DNA of 64,000 nucleotides from a virus, in IMG/VR virus record IMGVR_UViG_3300010158_000061, positions 7,534 to 71,533 of that record; one strand, written 5' to 3'. The notes below the pieces were generated by a model. It was not told where the DNA came from. It saw only the letters and a list, made by a program, of their open reading frames with translations, and did no database searches. Positions 27,966 to 36,070 of this stretch are shown here, piece by piece (position 1 is the first letter of the stretch; every line of letters begins with the position of its first letter). The position numbers and the translations under genes are program-made.

Positions 27966-29349
27966 ATTCTGCCCACCAAGACTTCATCTCTGGAAATGTT
28001 TCTAAGAAATTTGTACTGCGTCTGTGATCATGTTCGTTAAAAAATCTATAAAAGTCTGCCCGTGCAACTGAATGATCTTGGTCCTGTTTGCTACGCATCC
28101 AAGCAATATCTCTGTCTAGTCTTGCTACTTCGTAGTCTTTAAATCCGCAATGTAGATATCGTGGATCTTCCATGTGTGCCAACATAAATTGTTTGGCTTC
28201 TTCAAGTTTGGCCACATAACTTTCTGGCATGATTTGCAAACTTTGCCATGCTGGTTCACGCAACACTGGGGTATCAAACCACACACGTTGGTATGTGCGA
28301 CTGTGTGTTCTGCGTAAAAACAATATCCAACCCAACAAAGGTTTCAATCCTGTGATTGAAAGATTGTTCATGGTGATTATAAAAGTAAGACTATTGTGAC
28401 CGGGTATTTCTGTCAGGTAGCGATCGACATTAGCGGACATTCTCATGTAATCAAGTCCATGACGAATATATTCTGCCTGTGCAGGTATGCCAGAATCAAG
28501 ACTCACATACTGCATGAAGTGTTCAATGCGTCCGTCACATAACTGTTTTACTTTGTTTATGTACTGATTGAATAATCCCGATTCTACACTGAAGTTACTG
28601 GTGACATCAAGGTGCAATTTTGAACTAGGGTTCTCCAGCACATAGTCAAACACTTGATATGTGTTCTTGTCCATGAGTGGCTCACCACCAGTCATACGGA
28701 AGTGTTCTAGTTGTGGATACAACGTCGGCCACCATGCCCAAAATGCATCTACGTAAGGATTAGCGTCCCTAACAGGTATAGGCCGCCTAGAACCAACAAA
28801 ATGACTGGGATTGTTGTGAGTATTGCTAGTAGGATATCCACCCAGTCGTTCAACTTCGGACTGCCAGGTGGAACTAAATTGAGGGCTACAATAACTGCAA
28901 GATAAATTGCAAGCATGATTAAAATTAACTTCAACGTAGCTAGGGATAACATCATCTTCATCTCCGGTGGAATTTTTTATCTTTTCAAAGTCCACAGCGG
29001 CCCAGGACTCACCTGACCGATAGTGTCTATCGCTTAGTTTGCCTTGATCTTCCATGTTCCAGCAGTAAGAGCATTCTGTAGGACGTTGACCACTCAGCAT
29101 CAATTGACGTTGTGCTTTTTTATGTGTGGTGTTATGCAATGCACTTGGATCAAACTTGATTTCCACAGGGTTTATTGCATGCAAGGGCGGATGATAGCAA
29201 CTGTTGTTAAGTCCTGTGGGCAAGTGTAGAGAGACTTGTTTCCATTTGGCCAAACATAATGCTGGCCCTAGTTTATCAGCCATTTGTTCGGCTGAACCCA
29301 TGAATACACTTTTATTATTTGCAGGTACATCACTATTTTGTTGATTCAT
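27940..29349 (-). CDS. N-Twitch radical SAM enzyme, subfamily C
   Basis: LCLAKWK...SCYHPPLH...ECSYCW; CNLSCSYC; GGEPL. Confidence 0.93.
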   Translation of the reverse strand: MNQQNSDVPANNKSVFMGSAEQMADKLGPALCLAKWKQVSLHLPTGLNNSCYHPPLHAINPVEIKFDPSALHNTTHKKAQRQLMLSGQRPTECSYCWNMEDQGKLSDRHYRSGESWAAVDFEKIKNSTGDEDDVIPSYVEVNFNHACNLSCSYCSPQFSSTWQSEVERLGGYPTSNTHNNPSHFVGSRRPIPVRDANPYVDAFWAWWPTLYPQLEHFRMTGGEPLMDKNTYQVFDYVLENPSSKLHLDVTSNFSVESGLFNQYINKVKQLCDGRIEHFMQYVSLDSGIPAQAEYIRHGLDYMRMSANVDRYLTEIPGHNSLTFIITMNNLSITGLKPLLGWILFLRRTHSRTYQRVWFDTPVLREPAWQSLQIMPESYVAKLEEAKQFMLAHMEDPRYLHCGFKDYEVARLDRDIAWMRSKQDQDHSVARADFYRFFNEHDHRRSTNFLETFPEMKSWWAECEYYARQS

Positions 29350-29939
29350 TTTGCCCTGTTATCTTTCCATTCTTGTGCTTTCCAGGTGGCCGGTGGGGGC
29401 ATTGATTCTAATTCATCAAATTTTTCTTTTAATTCATTGGCGTTTAATATGTTATTTTCAGAATAGAGATTTTTATTAGTTTGTATTTTTATCCGCGAAA
29501 TTTCAAGTTGATCACATAATATTTCACTGTGACCGATAAAATCTTCAAACACAAGAATCTTACGATTGGTATAATGCGTTAATTCACGATGAGCCTGGTG
29601 CCAATACTTGTGCCAAAAATATTTTTGTTCGAACATTTCAAGATCAGCAACAAATGGTGGTTTATTTCCGGTGTAGAATGCCCATTCATTATATTGCTCA
29701 CATACCATTGCACTAATAATTTCAGCGTATAGATTTTTTCTCATAACATGCAAGACAGGGATGTCAGAATTCAATTGCAGTTGAGCATCATGGCTGTGAT
29801 ATACTATTAGATTGCTTGATTGTGGCATTGGTTCTTGATTGCTCATTACTGCGCGAATTCCCAAACTTTTTGCAATAGTGAGTGCAACAAATATGCTACC
29901 ACTGCGACCTGGACTGCCTACAATGTATTTCACAGCCAT
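29346..29939 (-). CDS. sulfotransferase-like P-loop protein (Stf0-like)
   Basis: N-terminal GSPGRSGS (PAPS 5'-PSB-like), RKNLYAEIIS (3'-PB-like) and FEDF. Confidence 0.5.
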   Translation of the reverse strand: MAVKYIVGSPGRSGSIFVALTIAKSLGIRAVMSNQEPMPQSSNLIVYHSHDAQLQLNSDIPVLHVMRKNLYAEIISAMVCEQYNEWAFYTGNKPPFVADLEMFEQKYFWHKYWHQAHRELTHYTNRKILVFEDFIGHSEILCDQLEISRIKIQTNKNLYSENNILNANELKEKFDELESMPPPATWKAQEWKDNRAK

Positions 29940-29943
29940 AAAT

Positions 29944-30867
29944 TTACCAACCCTCTTGCTGTCTAATTACATCTATCTCGCGAAGCATTACGCCACGATT
30001 GTGCCAATTTGAACGATAATGATATTTAAAAAATGCACTTTGTTCGCTTTCTAATATGGCCATTGGCAAGTCTAGTTGTGTACCTAGTTCAGGACCCAGT
30101 TGATTAGACAAAATACGAGGTTGTGAATCTTTAACCGTTTCCCATAACTCTGCCAAGGCATCAAAGTCTTGTACTAGAGTATGGTCCCAATTGCTCAGCA
30201 TGGTCATATATGTGCCTTGTCTCGACCCAGCAATGGCCCATTCTCCGTAGTCAACATCTGTTCCTACGTTATGCCATATGGTCATATGATCTAAATTGCG
30301 TAATACTTGATTTTTAAATTCAGCCACAGTGGGTTTTGTGCCACGTTGCAAACACATTTTGACACCTTCACGGAAGCCGGCACGCCAGGCTTGAAACGCT
30401 GATCCATTGGGATAGGTGTTTGAATAGCAATCGTACATGGGCCAGTACAAGGGATCAAAACAAAATTCTACCTGTGTTTCTGTTCTACCATCTGTGGCTT
30501 CGTGAGTTCGCATGCGGTTGATAAATGTCCTGGTCCATGAACTCAACCCGCCATTGCCGTACATGAGTCCGTTGATGTGATTTCTTGCCCTCCAGCGATA
30601 TACCGCCTGTTCATGCTGTTCGGTAGAATATATCAGAGTCTTGTTGAAGAACTCCGGGTCAGGCATGTTGTCGCCATCAATCAAAATAAAACGTTCAGTG
30701 TTGCTGGCTGCGGCTGCGGCTTTGTGTGCGGCATCGGATCCTTTGATCCCATCTACACGTACCGCCCAAGGAACCATGTTTTTAATCTTGATCCAAAACT
30801 CTTCACGTAGTGGTTCATCGTATGTTAAAAAAATACAATCTAAGTCTGCTATATCAATTTGTTTCAT
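29944..30867 (-). CDS. GT-A fold glycosyltransferase-like protein
   Basis: DCIFLTYDEP...RVDGIKGSDAAHKAAA...FILIDGDN (DxD motif). Confidence 0.65.
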   Translation of the reverse strand: MKQIDIADLDCIFLTYDEPLREEFWIKIKNMVPWAVRVDGIKGSDAAHKAAAAASNTERFILIDGDNMPDPEFFNKTLIYSTEQHEQAVYRWRARNHINGLMYGNGGLSSWTRTFINRMRTHEATDGRTETQVEFCFDPLYWPMYDCYSNTYPNGSAFQAWRAGFREGVKMCLQRGTKPTVAEFKNQVLRNLDHMTIWHNVGTDVDYGEWAIAGSRQGTYMTMLSNWDHTLVQDFDALAELWETVKDSQPRILSNQLGPELGTQLDLPMAILESEQSAFFKYHYRSNWHNRGVMLREIDVIRQQEGW

Positions 30868-31192
30868 AAGTTTTTATCTTCCATCTTTGATGCGGCTCCA
30901 ACTCTGTGACCACTATTGCCATATTGTCAGGATGGCATGGTGTTCCTGTATCGCTGGGCACCAGTTTCTTTGTTGTCGTTTTATTTGCAAGTTGAATTAA
31001 TTTGCCATCCTGTACACGAACATTCATACTAGCAATTGCAAATGTTTCTGGGCTAACGTCGATGTATGTACCTGGTAAATCTTCCATGGTATAATGAATT
31101 GGTGTCCCATCTATATTGTAGTACAAGCGAAACAACACCGGTCCGGGGGCTGGCATTGCATGCAGGATTGCCCAAAATTCATCTGGCGTCAA
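30854..31192 (-). CDS. hypothetical protein (probable start TTG 31192)
   Basis: A start at (M)TPDEFW avoids a long overlap with the upstream gene; FRLYY motif. Confidence 0.6.
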   Translation of the reverse strand: MTPDEFWAILHAMPAPGPVLFRLYYNIDGTPIHYTMEDLPGTYIDVSPETFAIASMNVRVQDGKLIQLANKTTTKKLVPSDTGTPCHPDNMAIVVTELEPHQRWKIKTYETN

Positions 31193-31967
31193 CTCGGAAC
31201 CTCTTTTGGTTGTAGTGTACTGCACCCCATTGGGCTTGAGTGTTGATGCGTAGCAAATAGTCTCGATATTCCCACGCAAACTCTTCCATCCAGTCTTCAC
31301 GTTGAGCATGCATGATATGTCGTTTCATGTGTACAATTGTGGGATAGGATGCAAACGGCATGGTGCATTTCTCTACTCCCACAATCTTGGCCGCAATGGC
31401 ATACACCACATCGGTACTTGGCACATCTTCAGGAAACTTCAATAACGCACGATAGTGAGACCAGTTCTCAAATATGGCTTGCACTGTGTCAAAAAACTCT
31501 TTAGCTGTTAAACTCAAACGCCAATATGTGATAGCATTGTACACATCCGGTAAATCGTTGGCATCAAATACCTTGCGATAGTGTCTAGACTTGGCACGTT
31601 GATCTTTCCAGTCTCTACAGCCTGTACTGACCACAACCTCACGATGTCGTGCCATGTCCCACCAGTGATCAATAGGACTGGTCACAATCATGTCTGCTTC
31701 TAGTTTGATAGTTTCCCTAAAGGGAGTAACATGAAACACTTGACAGTCATTGGCATAAGCGTTGGCCACAGTGGGCAAGGGAAACTCACGCACATAATTA
31801 AACAAGTGTGGTGCAGGGTTCTCTGTTGAATTGGTCAACAAACAGATTTTGGCATCAGGATGCCAGTATTTTATACTCTGTGCCAGTTGATGACTGCAAT
31901 CAACATAGTTGGTAGAGTCAGTGTTTGTGGCCACTATCAAGTAGCCTTGTTCGTCAATTGGTTTCAA
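31179..31967 (-). CDS. GT-A (GT8-like) nucleotide-diphospho-sugar transferase
   Basis: GYLIVA.N...YV...LAQSIK; TPFRETIKLEADM (ExD at the DxD position); STDVVYAIA; HMK. Confidence 0.65.
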   Translation of the reverse strand: MKPIDEQGYLIVATNTDSTNYVDCSHQLAQSIKYWHPDAKICLLTNSTENPAPHLFNYVREFPLPTVANAYANDCQVFHVTPFRETIKLEADMIVTSPIDHWWDMARHREVVVSTGCRDWKDQRAKSRHYRKVFDANDLPDVYNAITYWRLSLTAKEFFDTVQAIFENWSHYRALLKFPEDVPSTDVVYAIAAKIVGVEKCTMPFASYPTIVHMKRHIMHAQREDWMEEFAWEYRDYLLRINTQAQWGAVHYNQKRFRVDAR

Positions 31968-32757
31968 TTATTTTCTCCAAATGCTTCTTGCCCATGGCAT
32001 GGAAATCTTGATTCTTCAATGTTATCCACCGAGGGCGTTGTTCACGGTCCGTATAATCCACACGATACTGATCTAGTGCTATACGTGTGACTGTGTGTTG
32101 CGGTGTCAAACTAGCCAGGCTCCAGGGTATTGTAGGGTGTTGCCCCATTTGCCCATGCACAATATTTAAAGCAATGCTCAAAGCATAGTCATTTCTATAG
32201 GTAGCAGTACGAACTTGGTAAAGATCGGTATAGTGTTTCCAATTGGCCTTGATCATTCGCATACAATCAAATATTAATTCTGCATGAAGACTTCGACGAA
32301 ACATCATAACAGTGGCCCAGCTCATGGGCATGCGATAATTTCCGTAATGATTTAAGCCCACAAAGTCATCTTGTGCCACAATGTCATAGGCTGAGCCATG
32401 TGCTAGGAAATCTTGTTTGGCTGTTAGCACATTTTTTAATTGACTGCTGGCCACAACATAATCTGCATCTAGTACTAGTGTTTGATCCCAGGGTGTTAAT
32501 GCATACGCATCTGTTCTACCGGCATTGTGCCAAGTCACTGTACAATCATAATCTTCAAAATGTCTTGTGCCGCCTGATTCTGCATCAGCAACAATAATTT
32601 GATCAAATTTGTATTTTTTTGCTTGTGTTTGGTCGTTTGTGACCAAGGCTACTGGAATTTTTAAATGACGTTTTACGTTTCGAGCACACCAGGCAGCCAT
32701 GCGTATATAATCTGTTTGTTCGTTGTTGAAAGCAAATATTAGTGCGCCTGTGGTCAT
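31954..32757 (-). CDS. GT-A (GT8-like) nucleotide-diphospho-sugar transferase (start corrected to ATG 32757)
   Basis: GALIFAFNN..DY; TPWDQTLVLDADY (DxD); YRNDYALSIA; HAMGK; paralog of the downstream gene. Confidence 0.7.
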   Translation of the reverse strand: MTTGALIFAFNNEQTDYIRMAAWCARNVKRHLKIPVALVTNDQTQAKKYKFDQIIVADAESGGTRHFEDYDCTVTWHNAGRTDAYALTPWDQTLVLDADYVVASSQLKNVLTAKQDFLAHGSAYDIVAQDDFVGLNHYGNYRMPMSWATVMMFRRSLHAELIFDCMRMIKANWKHYTDLYQVRTATYRNDYALSIALNIVHGQMGQHPTIPWSLASLTPQHTVTRIALDQYRVDYTDREQRPRWITLKNQDFHAMGKKHLEKIIETN

Positions 32758-33062
32758 CTGTTTTGATTTAGTTTTTCGTATTCTATCAACCAGGCGTTCA
32801 TTTGTTCCTGCCAATGGCCATGTGCTTGAGCATACAGTTCAGGCACATTCACACGCACAGGAGTTTCGTACAAGTCCAACAACACAACATCTTTGTCTTG
32901 AGCACAACTCAACAACACACATTGTAATTCAGGACCAGCTCGCCACATGCCACCTGAGTGGGCAAACAGCATACGTGCTTCGTATTTTTCTTTTAGAGTG
33001 CGACGAGCAGTGGCATGGTCAAATCTAGCCCGTGCATGAGCTACTAGAGTTTCAGTGTTCAT
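32754..33062 (-). CDS. hypothetical protein (102 aa), first gene of the modification operon
   Basis: Lies directly after the promoter and is ATGA-coupled to the GT gene. Confidence 0.75.
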   Translation of the reverse strand: MNTETLVAHARARFDHATARRTLKEKYEARMLFAHSGGMWRAGPELQCVLLSCAQDKDVVLLDLYETPVRVNVPELYAQAHGHWQEQMNAWLIEYEKLNQNR

Positions 33063-33068
33063 AGAGTT

Positions 33069-33097
33069 ATTATACAGAAAAAAAAGGTAAAAGTCTA
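33069..33097 (-). promoter_or_regulatory. sigma70-like promoter, probably leaderless
   Basis: Minus strand TAGACT, 17 nt, TATAAT, 6 nt, ATG(33062); the spacer contains T8. Confidence 0.6.
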
Positions 33098-33106
33098 CCT
33101 TTTACC
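33078..33106 (-). terminator. intrinsic terminator ending the structural operon
   Basis: 8-bp stem GGTAAAAG/CTTTTACC with a 5-nt loop, followed by U8 on the minus strand, 15 nt after the 33122 stop. Confidence 0.7.
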
Positions 33107-33121
33107 AGAGAGGTCGGCCGA

Positions 33122-34120
33122 TTAGGCTACGCTTGCGGCAATAGTAGGTGTGCCCCAACTGTTGCTTAGGTAAGTTATGGCTGGTGGAAGGTATGTGACC
33201 AAAGTGGTTGGTGCTGTGCCCGAAATTGTAGTTGATGGACTGGCTGTAGCAGTGCCGCCCGTGATGTTGGTGCTTTGCCCTGCCGCCGCTCTGGCATTAC
33301 TAACCCAGGTTGTGACCAAGGTCAACACAGTGCTTGATGTGGCTGTGGCTGTGGTTCTAATATAATCATTTGTGTAGGGAGACACAGTATCATTTAACTG
33401 GAATATAGTAGCAGGTGTAACAGTAAGATTGTACCAACCTGTTGTGGTAGCAAGTGTGGTTTGTGTTTCGCCTGTGCCGCCGAGGCGTGTGGTACCAGTG
33501 TAGGCCTGGCCTGCAATAGTTTGGGTGGCACTGTTTACTCGGCCGGTGAGATTGATTGAGCCGCATTTGCCAGCAAAAAGATTCCAGTCCGCGTCATTGT
33601 CAGTACCCGTTGAACTCTTACCGTACTGTACACGCACGATACCACCGGCGTTCCAGAAATAACGTGCTTGGTCAGCACTTGGGAATGTTACTGTGTGTGT
33701 AAATGTGATTGTCCAAGCATTGGTGCCAGAGCCGGTAGCAGTAGTTTTACTTGTGGTACCTGAGAATGTGCCGTATGCAGTTCCAGATGCCGCTGCGTTG
33801 CCACGGTTGGTTGTGACACTGGTCAAGTCAGTGTTGAGTGCTGCCAAAATATTAATTGTTTGACCTGTTGTGGGTGCAGATCTTGCTGTGAGTACAGTAC
33901 TGGTTTGACTACCGGCACTAGACAAGTTGTTAACCAAACTAGCCCATTGTGTGGCAGTGACTGTACTTGAGCCACCAGTTACTGTGGCAACTGCGGTTTG
34001 TCCCCAACCCTTGTCGCTAGAGCCTGCGGCCCAAACGTCATTTAAATTAGCGCCAGCAGTATCGTTAACAAATCCATTATAATCTGTTGCTTGTATTAGT
34101 CCGCCACTTGAATATGTCAT
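33122..34120 (-). CDS. Thr/Ser/Gly-rich virion (tail fibre-associated) protein
   Basis: Very Thr-rich; ARYFWNAGG motif; last gene of the tail module. Confidence 0.65.
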   Translation of the reverse strand: MTYSSGGLIQATDYNGFVNDTAGANLNDVWAAGSSDKGWGQTAVATVTGGSSTVTATQWASLVNNLSSAGSQTSTVLTARSAPTTGQTINILAALNTDLTSVTTNRGNAAASGTAYGTFSGTTSKTTATGSGTNAWTITFTHTVTFPSADQARYFWNAGGIVRVQYGKSSTGTDNDADWNLFAGKCGSINLTGRVNSATQTIAGQAYTGTTRLGGTGETQTTLATTTGWYNLTVTPATIFQLNDTVSPYTNDYIRTTATATSSTVLTLVTTWVSNARAAAGQSTNITGGTATASPSTTISGTAPTTLVTYLPPAITYLSNSWGTPTIAASVA

Positions 34121-34131
34121 CGTTTTTCCTA

Positions 34132-36039
34132 TTAATTCTTGATAGTCACAATAGCTTCAATTGTAGCAGATTCAGAGGTGAGTTTGTCAACCAGACTTCT
34201 TCCAATCACGTTGAAAGCATTTGCTTCACCAGGTCGTGCGGCTCTAGCAATACCATTTCCTGCTGAGACCAATCTGTCGCCTTTGTGTACGATACCTATT
34301 ACTTTTACCGGCACACGTCCAGTCATTGCAACTGGCGGATGTGTGTCGTCCTCGCCGGCACCGCCGTTCATCAAGTAGGCCGCTCTAGTACTTATCACAC
34401 CAAATACTTTGTCGCTTAATTCTGTGAGAGATTTGGTAATTTCTGCCGAGCCGCCAAGTTCAACCACAGTACCTGCATCAAGCACTGCATCTGCGGCAAA
34501 GCGTTCTGCAACGTCAGCGTATAATGCTGTGGTAGCAGTAGCAAACAATCGGTTAAAATAAACAGATGAGCTTCCAATATTACCTATGCCATTTCCGTTG
34601 TTGTTGTTGATATTGCCGCCGCTGATGTTACCAGTTGATACTGTTACACTTGCACCTGTGATTCCACCAGTTGCAGATATTAAACCACCAGTTAACAAAT
34701 TGCCGCCTGTAATGTTACCAGTTGCAGATACAACTCCACCAGTCGTGACATTAGCACCACGAACTGTTCCAGTAGCACTGAGATTGGTTGCATACAAAGT
34801 GGTGGTGTCAATTGTGACTACTGCTGTTCCACCAACAGCCATTGTTATGTTACCGTCAAGTGACGCAATATTAGCAAAACTTGTTCCGTTGAGTAATTTA
34901 GTGGCGGCTCCACTAACAGCAACAACACCAGTTAATCCACTACCGTTGCCAAAAACATAACTGCCTGTAATGTTGGCTATGGCGCTAATATTAGCACCAG
35001 CTAATATGTTGGCACCAGATATATTAGCAGCCGACGTAACATTACCTGTAACCGATACCAACCCAGCAGTCAAAATGTTACCGCCAGTGATATTTCCAGT
35101 CACTGAGGTTAATCCGCCAGTGCGTAAATTTCCACCATCAATATTACCTGTAACTGATACTAATCCAGCAGTTAAAATGTTTGCACCGGTGATATTAGCA
35201 CCCGATGTAATTGTACCAGTTGAACTAATTAGCCCACCAGTTAAAATATTACCGCCAGTAATATTGGCACTTGATGTAATTGTACCAGTAGAGCTCATCA
35301 GTCCAGCAGTCAATATGTTACCGCCGGTAATATTAGCACTTACTGTTGTATACCCAGTAATGTTAGCACCAGTACTGGTAATTGTTGCTGTAGTATTCCC
35401 ACCGGCAGTGATAATAACATTAGAGCCACCAATAATATTGCCAGCCATGTTTGTACCACTGGTATTAGTAAAGGTTACACCTTTATAAACTGTGGGGAAA
35501 TTTGTACTGACAGGAGCTGCCGCAGTAAATGTTGAGTCTGAACTAAAAATTGCAACTCTTGTGTTAGCAACGTACAAGCTGGTAACATAATGTGATACTG
35601 AACCGTTGTCAAGAATTGTTTCGGGAATAGCACCTGCTGTTCCGGTGGTACTAGAATAAGCTGGTCCAACTACCAAAAATGATGTGCCAGTGTATACTTT
35701 AACCTGTTGATTTACTGTGTCGTACCATAAATCACCAGTCACATTTGATGTAGGCTGTGTGGCACTGGCCGTTGCGGCACTGATAGTTTTCCAAATAGTT
35801 CCGTTGTAAACTTTTAATAATGTGTTGGTTTTATCCCACCAAATTTGTCCAGTTAGTGGAGATGCCGGGGCGGTTGCATTTGAAAAATTTTCCAACATTT
35901 GGATAAAGTTTTCATCTAAAAATTCACCGTATCCAGCATAATTTTTACCTACTAGGGTCACACTACTGGAGGTATTGACGGTGCCGTCGTTTACTGTAGC
36001 AAAAACTGTACCGTCAGTAAGATTAATTGTATATGCCAT
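34132..36039 (-). CDS. tail fibre/spike-like protein with beta-repeat shaft and C-terminal intramolecular chaperone-like (peptidase G2/IMC-type) domain
   Basis: N-terminal LVGKNYAGYGE..ENF..MLENF...P..GQIWWD anchor; NITGGNILTAGL repeats; C-terminal YADVAERF...GVIST..AYLMN...PVAMTGRVPVKV.G...KGDRLVS. Confidence 0.75.
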   Translation of the reverse strand: MAYTINLTDGTVFATVNDGTVNTSSSVTLVGKNYAGYGEFLDENFIQMLENFSNATAPASPLTGQIWWDKTNTLLKVYNGTIWKTISAATASATQPTSNVTGDLWYDTVNQQVKVYTGTSFLVVGPAYSSTTGTAGAIPETILDNGSVSHYVTSLYVANTRVAIFSSDSTFTAAAPVSTNFPTVYKGVTFTNTSGTNMAGNIIGGSNVIITAGGNTTATITSTGANITGYTTVSANITGGNILTAGLMSSTGTITSSANITGGNILTGGLISSTGTITSGANITGANILTAGLVSVTGNIDGGNLRTGGLTSVTGNITGGNILTAGLVSVTGNVTSAANISGANILAGANISAIANITGSYVFGNGSGLTGVVAVSGAATKLLNGTSFANIASLDGNITMAVGGTAVVTIDTTTLYATNLSATGTVRGANVTTGGVVSATGNITGGNLLTGGLISATGGITGASVTVSTGNISGGNINNNNGNGIGNIGSSSVYFNRLFATATTALYADVAERFAADAVLDAGTVVELGGSAEITKSLTELSDKVFGVISTRAAYLMNGGAGEDDTHPPVAMTGRVPVKVIGIVHKGDRLVSAGNGIARAARPGEANAFNVIGRSLVDKLTSESATIEAIVTIKN

Positions 36040-36062
36040 GTCTGTTACCTGTTTCTATTCTA

Positions 36063-36070
36063 TATTTATA
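36063..36070 (-). promoter_or_regulatory. T4-type late promoter TATAAATA
   Basis: Exact TATAAATA on the minus strand 23 nt upstream of the fibre gene ATG. Confidence 0.6.

Noticed and set aside
12080-29349. Radical SAMs as MoaA, anaerobic sulfatase maturases, NrdG or QueE
   Set aside because: The auxiliary cluster is N-terminal, and no moa, sulfatase, nrdD or que genes are present in the window.
1247-32814. Longer ORF-track starts at 1247, 14970, 21507, 31309 and 32814
   Set aside because: Downstream starts give Shine-Dalgarno or ATGA coupling and avoid long overlaps with upstream genes.
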